64,000 bases of DNA, taken from positions 2,480,001 through 2,544,000 of the forward strand of contig OZ004615.1 of assembly GCA_963924565.1 (NCBI GenBank), written 5' to 3'. The stretch is from Ascidiella aspersa (Eukaryota). Of the stretch, positions 1-13,619 are shown in pieces. The position numbers and the translations under genes were made by a program. The notes under the pieces are model-generated. The model did not search any database. It saw only the letters and a list, made by a program, of their open reading frames with translations, and was not told the origin of the DNA. Position 1 is the first letter of the stretch; each line of letters opens with the position of its first letter.

Positions 1-197
1 GGAGTCATTGGGTATGTGTTTGATGGCTTTGGAGCCGGAGCCAAAGGATTGAGTTTTACGACTCCGGAGCTGGAGCCGGAGCCAAAGGATTGAGTTTTAC
101 GACCCTGGAGCTGGAGCCGGAGCCATTTAATAATTGCCTGATGGCTCCGGAGCTGGAGCCGGAGCTAATGTTATTTTACGGTGGCTCCCCAGCCCTG
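1..197. mobile_element. Right part of a MITE with internal GGAGCC/GGAGCT minisatellite
   Basis: Tandem ggagccggagcc units and a repeated 'aaaggattgagttttacgac'; ends in ...CAGCCCTG. Confidence 0.55.
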
Positions 198-3177
198 AGT
201 TAAATGATAGGTCGTTTAGGACTAAGGATTGTGAATTGTACTATTTTACTCAGTTTGTACCTCGGCTATCCTATAGTACTTTTAATTTACCGTTATTCGC
301 TTGTAATAGTAACGCTGTATTTTTGCAATGGGCTGCGTTTTTTGCGGTAGGTTTTTGGCCTTGAGCTGAATGTAGGGACATTTGTAGATCTGCGTTTGTA
401 CTTTTGCTATCCTACAGTACTTTTAATCTATTAATTCGCTTGTGAAATGTTGTTTATGCTGTGTTTGTTGCTGTAGGTTTTTGGCTTTGAACTATGGTTA
501 GATTGTATTACTGCGTTTGTACTTTGGTTATCTCACCGTACTTTTAATTTCATTTAATTCACGTGCAATGGTAGCGCTATTGTTTTGCTGGACGGGCTGA
601 GACGTTTTTTTGCGTTTTTTTTCTTTCGCAGCAAGGTTCTTGAACGTGTGAGATGTTTGCGTAAGTAAAGAAATTGCCAAGGACTGCATTTTCGCATTGT
701 ATAATTATAATAGGTACACGTTTTCGAGATTGATGGAAAGGCTATTATTTAGTTTATGTGTAATCCATATATAGTAATCCTACAAGGCAGGAAGTTAAAA
801 ACTAAAATAACTTTGTATAAAGACCGAATACTGCAGTACTACGTGTTGTTAAACTTTGTGGTTCTTTTTTCTGGACCGTGTGTTTGCAGTGCTTCCGCAG
901 TTTTCGTAAAGTTTGGAGAAATCATGCTTCGAACTTAAATAAATCTATCCAACCATTGCAGGAGGCGACCCAACCGAATCAAACGGCAATTTTTGGGCGC
1001 GGCCCATGTGTTAAGAAACACTGTATTACAAGCTCAAATAGTACTAAGTACAACATTTGATCAACTATTTGGCGGAGAATAGCAATTTAAAACTCGTATC
1101 GACTGCGAGTATTCATGTTAGTGTTTTCAACCGTGTATACATTATTGATTATTAAAAGTGGATATAACTTGAAGACTTCAGTTGTTGTTTGTATTTATAC
1201 GTCTTGTTTGCAACCTTGGCGATGCCTATGCAAATGTTCTTATACTTTTTTACCCCGGACCCCTAAAATATTTTTTTGCTTCGTGTGGACCACGGTAGGC
1301 AAGAAATTCTCAAAAATGACGTCATAAATTAACGTCACAATACAATAGACTTCAGAAATCTGCAGTTTTTGGTCCACAAAATGTGAAAATAGAATGAAGT
1401 CTAAATGCATTCAGTGCAAAAACGTTTTATTTTTAATTAAACCTCTTACTTTGAAAAATTGATTAGTTCTTAAATATGCACTAATATTTCGATTTAACCT
1501 TCCTGGACCCCTAAAACCAGTTAACGTACCCCAAGGGGTCCATGGACCCCCGTTTAAGAACCCCTGCTATAGTGTATTCCATTGCATAGCTTTGGTTTGC
1601 TTACTGGCATAGCTTTGCACGCGGCCTGAGAAATCGTGTTGCGTCCTTTTAATAATTAATAAACTTACGTAAGGGCTTATGCCAAGAACTCTAACCGCAT
1701 GACGCGAAAGCTCGTTTATATAAAGTCAAACAGTTTTCTTTAGTAATGAGGCCAAGATTAGGTAACTATAGGAGTCAGATTATTATCAAGTGTTTTAAGA
1801 GTTAAGTCACTGTTTTCGAATGACGTTGACGGGATATCTGTCTAGTTTTTTTGTTAAATCTTGACAGATAGATGATTCATTGTATGAGAAGCAAGTTTAC
1901 TCAGCAAATTTATCTGACGGTTTTGCGCACCTTAGAGGGAACACTGCACGCATCAAGTAATAATATCCACAGACAACGTAAAAAGAAAGGGGATTTTGAT
2001 GTCTTTTTCGAAATAGCAACTAAAATGCTCATGTCCTGTAAACTGTCTCGTTTTGCTAAAAACGCCCGTTGTCTTTAATGTTATCAAACTATCGCCCACA
2101 AAAGAAAATCGCTTTCGTTTATCGTGATTAGAAAAACAAAAAACCAAACCCTGCCAGATTGACTTATTTTTGTTTACATATTTATATAGATATATAGTTT
2201 TACGTGTTACATTTAAAATTACGGGATGCTTATAGTGGTCAGATTGTGAATGGTTAGATACTTTGAGTTTCAAAACTTTTTTTTTTGAATTGAAACTTCT
2301 ATCTATATTTTACACTTGAAGCATCGACACTATTAAATATGAGAACACATATTCTCACAGTATATTCTGACGTTGATAAGCTTTGTATTGACGGGACGTT
2401 TAATTAAAACTACGACCCTACATTTCTTCGAACTTTAGTCCGTATCGTACTGAAGCTATTCTGACGTCATTGTGCGCATTGTTTAATTGGAATGTCAAAC
2501 AAAGAGCCAGTATGGACTTTTTGATGATTCTATGGTTCATTCGTGCAGTAACTAATATTTAAAACCTTTAAAAAGTTATACTTTCAACTTTCTGTACGGT
2601 ACATTAAGGAAAAATTAATCGCTTCAAGATTTCAGAGATCACAAATAGTTAAGTACGAAAACTACCCAAATTGTTTATTAAGCCTAAATGTGCTTTAGCG
2701 ATAAAAAGAGCAATACTTTTGGCTATAACTATTTACATGAAAAGATTTCAAGTTAGAAAGCGCATTAGGAATGTCCGGTACTTTTTAGTGACATATCTAT
2801 GTCCGATATTTTGAACAAAGAATATCGCGATCCGATTCGATACTAAATGGGCGATTATTTTTGACCTAAAAATAAGTTATTTTACGAAAGTTTTGACCTA
2901 TTAGGAATGCATTGATTTAAGCAACGCATTGTTGCGTGAAGTACTATACTAGTGTCTAGTCACTTGTTTTAATGTTTCGGTGACAACCGGTAAAACAAAA
3001 ATCAGGTATTTTGGGGGCGTCTATGCAAGACTATTTTTGGATCAATTTTTTTGACAAAGATTTTGACAAACTTTGCCCTAACCTATAAATTGTGACAAAA
3101 TTTAGACTTTTTTGCCAAGTCAAAAAATATTCGCCCTAATTGTCTAACATCCCTACAACCTACCCCTAAGTATAGAG

Positions 3178-3521
3178 CAGGGGTGGGCAAATGTATTCAA
3201 TGGAAGAGCCATTTTGCAGAAAATACAAGCACCAAAGAGCCTCAAAATTATTTCAATACAAAAACGGTAAATAATGCAAGGCCAGCCGCAATAATAACAC
3301 GCACAATATTTATTAATATCAGTCTTTTGTTAACTAACTCTTCGAACTCTACGTCTAATGCTACATCATAAACGGAATGCTGGCCTAAATAAAGAAAAGA
3401 AAAAGAGAGAAACGTTTATAAACGGTACCCTTGGTAACCTTTACAATTTTTTTGAAATTTTACGATTTAACTAGAAGAGCCACAAAAAACATGCCGGAGA
3501 GCCGCAGTTTGCCCACCCCTG
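3178..3521. mobile_element. Non-autonomous hAT element (MITE), 344 bp
   Basis: TIR CAGGGGTGGGCAAA / TTTGCCCACCCCTG with a perfect 8-bp TSD GTATAGAG. Confidence 0.92.
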
Positions 3522-4294
3522 GTATAGAGTAAAAAAATTCCCAAGATTTAAAAAAAAATGGGGGGCTTCTGTTTTCCGTTGTTTCCAATACCACGTGACG
3601 TGTGCTGGGGGCATCGATCTTAAGCGAACAAGCACAGTCGAGATAAGATGTCTTCCTGTGTGCTTTAAAGCGCAGATAAGCACCCCCCAATTATTTTGTC
3701 CCTTAGCCTCTGCCACCCGCAAAGACAGTCGCGTGGGTTTTTGCGTCTTTTGTTTGCTGTTTTGCTGATAAGACTGCCAAGCGTAATAATGTTGCTTTTG
3801 GTAATTTAATTGGCATAAATACATTTTGCGCCATGTGTTGATGGATTTTTTAAATAGGACTAACAGAAAAAAAAATATTTTGCGCGTATATAAAACTTAG
3901 AAAAACGCCTATTTTGCTTCTTTTTAATTTAGAAAAAACGCCTGACTTCGATTTTTTTATAAAAAGTATAAAAAATTAGTGTAAAAATAAGATACAAAAA
4001 CCTGTTGGTTACTTGAAAATAGAAGAGAATTTTAGAAATGCGTTTTACACTTAAGCGAACTTTAACCTTATGGCCTGGAAAAATGATCTTTTAACGTTTT
4101 AATTTAATCTATTTTTCTTGTACATACATATTCGAGTGCGCGTTACATATACATCACAATACAATGCACAAGGGCTAGTTATGACGTCATCGGTATCAGA
4201 TTGGCGTTATTTTTGTTTAAAATATCGCGATAAATTTTGTCTAAAATATCGGGTATCAGTATAAATAAACAGTCAAATATCGGACATCATAGAC

Positions 4295-4689
4295 CAGTGA
4301 TTCCCAACGCATGGGTCGCGACCCAAAGTTGGGTAACCTGATTATTTTTAGGGGTCGCTTGTTTTTTAAGCATATTGTATCTTTTCACAAAACTGGAAAT
4401 CATAATCACATAATATGAACACTAAACGGCGAAACCGGCTGGAAGTTAAAGCTGACATGCGTGACTCTATATGCTCAAGCAAAATAACGATTTCAAAAAC
4501 TCACTGAGAGCAAGCGAGCACAACTATCTCATTAGTAAATTAATAAACATACTATTTTCGGAAAAAGTAACTGCTTTTGCAGTTCAGTTTGTTTGCAACG
4601 CAATCTTGTACTTGCTTGGGTCGCAAGATTATACCAAATTAAATTTTTTTTCAAAATGGGTCGCATTGAAAACGTGTTGGGAACCACTG
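4295..4689 (+). mobile_element. Internally deleted Charlie/Buster-type hAT element
   Basis: TIR CAGTGATTCCCAAC / GTTGGGAACCACTG; TSD TCATAGAC/TCATAGAG; frameshifted transposase C-terminus NTKRRNRLEVKADMR...RFQKLTESKRAQLSH* at 4415-4535. Confidence 0.85.
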
Positions 4690-7600
4690 TCATAGAGTAT
4701 AAAGCAAAACTCATATGACGAAGGTCTAAAATTTCCAAGTCTTTTTGATCCTTGATTTATGAATGCTGCCTACCACTACCATTTCAAAATTTCGTTTACC
4801 ATCGATTTATTGCCAGTCGTTATATATTCACTGGGCGGTTGGGTCTCCTACGGCCAAATCTACCCCGAGTGGACACGTTTAACAGGTTGTTTGTTCAGCG
4901 ACCATTGTAAGCGATGCTCTCCGGTTGTTATCTCGGATCGATTCGTTATAATTAAGCTTTTTCTCGGCAATTTAATTTTATTTTTCGAAGGCAGTGATAC
5001 GTGCTAGACAGCTGCAGTTCTCGTTGGTGTATTTTAATGTTCAAAACATAGTTATGGAATCCAAATGCTAGCTAGATTGCAGGCAATGTTGTAGACAGGT
5101 CACTTTAAAATGACTTTGTCTCAGTTCGTTATTTGCAAAATAACCAAGGTTTATGTCGAGTCGTTTTATGGGTTATTTTTTGCTTGAGTCAGTTGCTGGC
5201 GCAGTCATTGCCATTAAAAGTCTAGAAATTTAAATTAAATCTGTTAAACTAACTGCTTTATTGGCATATTTTATTCTTTAAAACAACAGTTATGGCCGAT
5301 TCGGACTTAATACAATGCAAGCTAGATTGGGCGTAAGATGCAGTTAAACAAGTCACTTATAAATGAGATGAATTTATTTCGTAATTTGCAAAACAACAAG
5401 GTTCAAGTCAAGTCGTTTCTCGGTTATCTTTTTCCTGAAAAAACATAGATTTTAGCTGATGAATTTGTAGCATAATGACTAGAGGTTGTAGTAAGACACA
5501 GTAATAATATCAAAGCCCATACAGAAATAGGTAGCATTTTGCAAAGGTTTCGAATATTTCGTTTTTCATGTGAAAATGTCGTACCGCACATCCCTAGCAA
5601 AATGCGACCCTAGGCCCCTCACTGGTTTACCATCCTCGCGCTATGCTTTGTCTTTGCAGCGTCCGAAATCGTTCAAACAAACAAATAAACGCGAATGAGC
5701 TATAGCTCCCTTGAGGAACGCTTTGCTCACATCGTGGGCCCGTTAATGTGATTTTAATCGGAATTAACAAGGCCACACGTCGATTTGCAATTCCCCAATC
5801 CGATATTCGCCCTCCGAGCTGGTCCTTGGACAACGGGGAACTCCCTAGGCCTTTCGCCCGTTGTACAATTTCTTGGGTGTTTTTCGTTTAACTGACCGTT
5901 TGATTACTTTTGGTTGTTGTGCTTTGTATTGATCCGGTGCGATAATGTTTAAAGGGTAAATTCTAGATTTCACGAATCTGATGAAAGATACACAAGTGCC
6001 TTTATTGACAGACAGATTATATCGGGAATTTGAACGCCAAACATAGCAGAAAAGAAAATCTAACGTGTATTGTTGTGCAATAAAACATGCAGACAAAAAT
6101 TTGTTCGACAAATGTGATCTAGCCCTTCTGAAGCTGCTTTTTAACCATCAATTACGCCGGCGTAGATATCATTAGTACACCAAAAGCCGTCTCAAACCTT
6201 CCCTGCTTGCAACATTGATCGACAGATTAGGTGAGTCTGCGATGGCTTTCTGTGTACGATTTCACAAATCTGCTGTAATTTATGATTGTCTCTATAGGTT
6301 AAGTACCGCTTTTTTACAGGTCATCTTTAGTAGGAGTTTTTTAGTAAAGAAAGTAACAGAAGGTTATAGTTTTATGCGATATTCTTTTTTTATTTAAATA
6401 ATTTGATAAGGTACCACTGTTTAACACAGACATGTTTAAATTATCTAACATTGCATCAATATCCTTCCAAAAAGGTAACTAAAATAACGGTTAAAAATGA
6501 ATTTGTCTTTTAGCATGTATACACGCCTTATAAATGCCACACGGTTATAGGGGGATCTTTGCTATTTCAAAAATATCCCACAACAAACTCTAACCAATAT
6601 ATTTCGTTTTCTTCGTTCGACCTTTGTCACCCAAGCTATGACGTCACAAAACATTGACGTCATCGCGCCTGTCCCGTCTCCTTTCTCCCTCGGTTTTCCC
6701 CCCTAAGGTGTTAAGGCAACTGGGAAGTGTGCCAGGGCGTCTGCAGCTGATAACACCAACAGTCGTTGCGCCGCCAAGAGCGATTAATCAAGGCCGGCTT
6801 GTGTATTGGGAATTCGACTTCAAGATTTGAGAGACAGATCTTAAACGTAGCACGCTAGAACGCCAGTCAGTCTAGCACGCTGGTCAGTCTCTTTGTATAA
6901 CCACTTGTGGTTCAAGGCTGATCCTTCCCCAAATCCGGTGACGTTATTTACTTTTTTATTGCGCGTGTGTATTGTATTAAGCGTGGAAGGGGAGAAAAAA
7001 TAAAACTTAAAACTTGCTAGAATCAACCTTGTGTGACTTAGCTTGGCGAGATTTTGGCGATCTGTACTCAAGCTAGAGCCTAGTTGTGTGTGTTGTCCTT
7101 TTTCCGCAGGATTTCAGTGGCTCTGTGATTTTTTTAAAGCGTTTTTGATGGCATCCGCTGCAGTTTACAGTTCCGAGCGAGTTGAATTGGCGTTTCGCCA
7201 TTTTATTTTACTTAATGAGATTCGATTGGATATAGTTGACAGCGGCTTGAATCACCGAGTTACCGTGTTGCGTTATCGTGTATACTGAGATGAGTCAACG
7301 AGCACTAAAAAATGTGAAGCGACTATGTCTTGAGTTTCCAAGTAAAGAACATGGTACATTTTTAAATATATTCTTGTTTGCTAAAATTGACTGAATCTTA
7401 ATTCTCGCTATTTCATTGAAAAGGCGTTTTTTAATTTAGACTTCACATTCGAGCCGATAAAATGGGTGAATAACTGAGTGTTGATAAAATCTAGTCTAGT
7501 GTAAAACGTTTTCCCATACAGCTGTCTGCAAGCTAGAGACTTTAGTTTGTGTGTGTTGGTTTTGTTGCGTCAGCTGTTTGCCTTCGCAAGTATTCTCTGC

Positions 7601-10600
7601 GAGCGGTGAAAGTTATACTTCGTTTGAAGTCGCTTTTATGGTTAAAGAGTTACGCCGCGACGACTAAACACACAGTAATTAACTATTTTTGAGTCATATT
7701 GGAAAATGACTGTAGATGAGTGAATAGAATAAAAAAAAAATAATATAATTTTTAAGGTTAAAAAATTGTTACGTTTTGTAGTCAGTTATTGTTGATTTAT
7801 AAAAAATACCTTTAAAAAGTAGTTTTTATTTATAAAATGTAGGCTTATTTGCTATCAGCCAGTGTTTAAAGTTTTGCTCTTGTGCGTGGAATTCGTGTCA
7901 GTATTGGCAAAATACATATATTCCTTTAAAAAATGTCTGATCCGGGTTTTAGTCAGGTTTTTAAACTTTAAGTTTGATTATTAATATACGTCAGCGGAAC
8001 AGTGATCGACAAGCAGAAACCTGCTTCCAATTGTTTTGGATTCCATAAAGATACACCTTTTATAGTTATAACAGTTATTTAGGACTTCAACATAGGTTGG
8101 ATTTAATAAGATAGCGTGTTGTAGCGTATTGATTGCGTTTTGCGACTGTTTCATTTAGTGATTTTGTATCTTGTGGTGATTGTTCGCGTTTGAAAGTTTA
8201 ATTAAATCCCTTTTTCCCACTGGGAACTGAATATCGAGCGGCCGAGAGGAAATCTCTCTTCCTTAAACAATATTATCCACGGGTTAAACTCAGCTAAATG
8301 GTAGAAATTTTATGTTATTATAATCTTTAGACTTTTCTGTCTCGATAAAAGTCAAGCATTTATCTGTTCTAGTCATTTATAAGGGAACAATTCAAATGAC
8401 AAATGACCCTCGAAATTAAGAGACTGATGATGCCTTATTTTGTGGCAAAATATATTTTTCTTATAAATGACTAGAACTTTTAAACAACAAATGACTAGAA
8501 CTTTTAAACAACTGATTAAGGCAGGAAATTCTGAAGAATATTTGCTCCCATTTGAAGTCATTGTCGTCATTTACGTGTAAGGGCGAGGAGATATCTTCCT
8601 ATTTTTCACATTCAGTTTGCCTATTCCATGTTAATATAATATTTATATTGCTTGTGGTACGAAGATAAATCAACGTATTATTAAGTACACAGTATATTGT
8701 CGGAAGAAAGGGCGCACAAAGGCGTAGGACCAAATTTACCGCACTATTCTGATGGATGAAAGGAATGCGTCACGTAACTAGTTTTTATTTTTTAATGCAC
8801 TTTACATTTAGACGAAAGGGTGTTTTGCTTTGGGATAAAGAGTAAGCTATTCGATTATAGTGCTTTGATATCTAGATAACATATAAAAGCCATATCATTA
8901 GATAAAATAGACATTTTGCCAATGCTCGTTGTTTTGGCAAAAGCCCATACCGTATTTAGAGTACAGGTGGAGTAAATTTTTGCCAAACTTGTTAAAACAG
9001 AAGTGTTTTGAAACATTATTAAAATAGCATTTCCCAGTTGACTTACATTGACTGACTTTAACTGTTAGAAATTTAATATTTATTCCAAGCATCACAAAAA
9101 CAAAACTAAAGAAATCGTTACGCTTTTGCAAATTTACAAATTACTTAAAAAACCTGCAAACATTGGACCTGTAAACATTGAAGTGAGTTTATGCCAAACG
9201 TGTTAAAACAGAAGAGAAGTGTTTTAAAGCTTTATTAAAACAGCTACACATATAAAAGTCATCTTATATACTATGTATAGCAATTAATAAGTGCTTGTCC
9301 TGTAGTATTGCTAAACGTTTTTTTTTATTTAGAATAATAACTTTATAATCGAAATTCGCCACAGAGTGCGTTACTGGGGTGAAGTTACGCAAGGGTACGG
9401 AGCGCACATGTGAATAAAATAAAATTTTAATAAGAAATAAAAACTTAGTGACACCATATTGAACTCAGGATTAGCGAATTAAAAGAACATTATTAAAACA
9501 GCAGCACATTTTTAAATTTACTCAGAAAAACCTGTAAGCATTGGACGTAAAAATGGATGAAACAAAAATCGCTTATTTTGGGGTCCAACCTGTACATTTA
9601 CAAAGCGAGGTTCAATAACTCAACTCGCTTTGAAAAAGGGCAGAAGCAAAGCAGCGCGCTATGACGCAAAGCCTGGTTATTTACCAAAGGCCACCGGTTA
9701 CACTGAACAAACAGCGAAGAGGTGGCAGCATTTTTTCGCTCTCTTCTTTGGCCCAGCATGCCTCACTCCGCCACCCCCAGTACTGTGTTGACTTTCGCTG
9801 AGCGTATAACTCGCTTGCGTCGGCCGAAAATAGCTCCTACAAGTCGAAGTCGGCTGCTGGAAAGGGGGAGGGCGTTAGATCGCTCGCGTTTGTCGTACAA
9901 GAAAGACTTTGTCGCTGTCAATAAATGCAGTTTATGTCGTGTTTGGAGGAAATGTTTTTTTTTTGTCTCACATGAAGACATTTTCTCCCCTTGTTAAATT
10001 CAGTTTAGCATTAAAGAGAAACGTTATTTTGTGAGGTGTTTCGTAATATGAAATTTTGTCTTGTTTAAATGCACATATAGTAAAATAGATGTGTAGTACC
10101 TAGTGCCTTACAAAACCACAATGTTATGTCTTTTTTATTAAATGGTGTTGTCTGTTAGAATGAAAATGTGTAAAATAGAGAGGGTTTTTCTTTATTCAAG
10201 GTATCTATTTAGAAGGCAAGTTTGAGTCCTCGTTTGACGCATTTTACCGTTATATAGAAAGGAGTTGTACAAAAGAATATTCTTGTCAATAAATGATGTT
10301 TATTGTTGCAAGAAAATGCTTGTGGTATAATGTTAATTGTTTAAATGTCAAATGTAGTTAAAAGGAAACGTTTTTCCAAGAAGAAATTGGTGTCGTACAA
10401 GAAAATACTAAATATCGTCTGTTTTAAGTGGACCTTTTTTATTAGAGAAGCGCTGCTTTACAATGAGAAATGTCTGTATAACTGCAGGTTTTGTTTGAAA
10501 AAAGTGCGTCGTGTAAAAAAATCGGCCTTTATTAAATGAATTATATTGTTGGAAGAAACGTCGTACAAAAATGCTTGATGTCGTATTTGTATGGAGTTAC

Positions 10601-13308
10601 AGTTAGAAAAAAGTGTGCTTTTCTATTAGAAATTGTCTTTACCGAATGCAGTAAACACAATTGGAAAGTATGTATTTTTTATTAGATACGCACGGCTTTG
10701 ACATTTATTTAAATAAGGGCTAGAACGCTTTGTGACGAGACGTTTTAAAATCCGAGATTCCATCTAGTTTAGTCGCTTCAGTTATTAAATCCACAAAGAG
10801 AGATTTCAACTATACGTAGGAATATCACATCCCATATAAAAGTTACATTTTGAACGTTTCGAATAAACCTTAAGATAATGGCTGGAGGCTGTAGTTAGAC
10901 GTAATAAGAATTAATTAAAGCACATAGAGAAGTAGGTCACATTCTAAACGTTTCGAATATATTTTTATTCATTTTTTCAACATTAGACTTTATTCATTGT
11001 TTAATATATCAACACAAGATGTTGAAATTTAAAGAAGTATACGAAACGTTCAAAATGTTACTTACCTCTGTATGTTTTCTATATTTATGAGCGTCTAACT
11101 AAACCCTTCAACCATTATGCTTCAAAGAGTTTTTAACTTTCGGAAATCCTTAACAGTTTCGAACGAAACCCAAAAAATTATGACCACTTTGATGTTTTTG
11201 GGTCGCATGTCTGGGTAATCAGTTTATTACTCACGTTAAAATTTCTTTCTGGGCACGTTTTCCCTGCAAGGCCCTGACACCATTTTTGACCAACGTTTCA
11301 GCAACACCTATAGTACCGAGGACTGGTCATTATCCCACGATACACATATAGATCATATCTCCTGCTATATTTGTGAACCGTTAATGCTTATCGGTAATTT
11401 TCAGAGAACTATAGCACTTAAATGTTATAAAGTTTTTAGTTTTAACAGACCTTTGATTAAATATAAATAAACTACAATGTATAATAGGTGACGTATTTAC
11501 TTATAAATCGATCATATTTGTAAAGGTATTTTGGGTTTTAGGTATTGGGGATTTATCGGAACTTTTCATGAACCATATTCGTAAAAACATGATATAAAAC
11601 ACAATTGTCTCTGTGTTACTGTGGAGTCAAATACACAAAAGCACGTTACATTTTCGCGTTGGTGAAGTTTTGCAGCCTAATAACTGGCCAAACAGTTTTA
11701 TGGGCTTTGATATTGCAACTATGTCTAATTAAAACTTCCAACCATTATGCTCCGAAGTCCAAACCTCATTTGAATGTCGTTAATATTTCTGAAGATGTAT
11801 GAAAGTTATTTGATTAAAAACATTATACCAGGGTAGGCAAAGGAAGTCCGAAGTTAAAACGTACAGAAATCATTTGGGAATTATAGGTACTTCTCATGGA
11901 ATATACTCGAAAAGAAAAACTAAACACAGTTTTCCATTTCTTAATATGGAGTCAAATACGTACACAAAAGGCACGTTTCATTTTCGCGCTGCTGGTGAAG
12001 TTTTCGTGTAGTCTAATAACTGGACAAACAGTTCCCTGCCGCTGATAGGATGAAGCAAGGTCGTACAAACAACTAAATAGCGAGAAAATTTTGCTCTGTA
12101 ACATATTAACCAATCCATATTTTACGACCGGCTGCCATGGCTGTCGCCAACGTTTAAACTCTTTAGTCGCTCGGCTCATATTAGGGTCCATGTTTGACTT
12201 TCTATCCCCCCGAAAACTTACTTATAAAATTAAACAAGCACTCTGCTGTATTCGTTTAGCTTGCTTAAAGCGGTGAACCTGTTGTTTTCTACTTACCAGT
12301 CGATTTTCTGTGAAACAACCCAAATTATTACCTGATTACTAAAAACAACAAGTCAAAAACAGATTTCCAATCTATTTGTAAATTTAAAAACCAAATTCTG
12401 ATCTTGGGTGAACATTTTTAGCAAAACTTAACTTTTTATGGAGATTTTAGGCAAATATTCAATAAATATTATTTAAAAGCATATGCCAAACTAATGTAAA
12501 CTCGAAAAGCAAATAGATCGTCTCTGGTAAACTTTATAAGCAAACATGCAATATATTTTGCTAAAAGGAGCAAATTTGTTATCTCTTGAAACTTGAAAGC
12601 AAATCAGATTTCAGCAAAATTTACTGTATGTGTAAAATTGTGAAGCAGATTAAAAACCTCTTGTCAGCTTTCAAAGCAAATTCTCAAATATGTTGGAGCG
12701 TATATAACAAACTGTAATTCCGTGGAAGTAGGTTTTTGATCTCAGGTGTGAGATTTTTAGGAAAAAAAGTCTTGTATGAGCTTGTGGAGCAAGTTTTAAA
12801 GTTAGAAAAAATTTCGTTTTATATGTAGGATTTCACTTTTTTTTTTACACGTTTACGCTATGTTAGAGCAAATTGCTCATACAGTGTGTTATTTCAAAGC
12901 AAATTCGCAACTTTGTGCTGAGTTTGACCCTATGTTTAAACGTTTAAAAATTTCCTATTAAATGTTGGGTTTGACATCAAATTTAATTTTTGTATATACG
13001 GTATATTGCAGCAAATTTTCCATCCTGTATGTACTTGTAGAGCGAGTTTTCAACTTTGTGCTGTGTTTAAACATGTTAGCAAATGCGCACGATATAAGTG
13101 TTGAAGCTTTATGTTGTCAGAGACGCTTGTCTACAGTTTGGCGCGTTCAGCGCCTTAACAGCTAAAGCCTAAAATGCTTGACTACACATTTTATTTGCCT
13201 CCCACCAGGTTTTAAACGTTCGCCGCAAAGGTATCGTGTGTAGCTGTTGTTTATGTGCAGTTGGACGCCTGGGATCTTACACGGGATTTTCTTATTGAGA
13301 GTATAGAT

Positions 13309-13619
13309 CAGAGATTCTTTAACCTTTTTTAACGCGGACCCCTAAAAAATATTTGGTCGGCATGATTTTCCTAGAGATGACGTCATATAAACAACTCAAG
13401 AAACTGGGAGATATCGGTCAAAAAATTTAAAATTGAAATGTAGTACACATACATTGAAGGAGAAACGCAAAATAGTTCTTTTAGTTAATATATTTTCTTT
13501 TGAAAAATTTGTTTCATGTTTTAAATAATGCACTCATATTTTAATTAGAAGTTTATGAACCCCCTATATCTAGTCAACGTAAACCCAAGGGTCCATGGAC
13601 CCCAGTTTAAGAACCCCTG
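13309..13619. mobile_element. hAT-type MITE family A copy
   Basis: Same termini and internal palindrome as 43836-44172, in the opposite orientation. Confidence 0.8.

Noticed and set aside
134-364. ORF with a GAGAGA peptide
   Set aside because: Translation of the GGAGCC minisatellite inside a MITE.
11789-11810. CTGAAGA...GAAA motif
   Set aside because: Only 5 nt between the boxes, and no stems.
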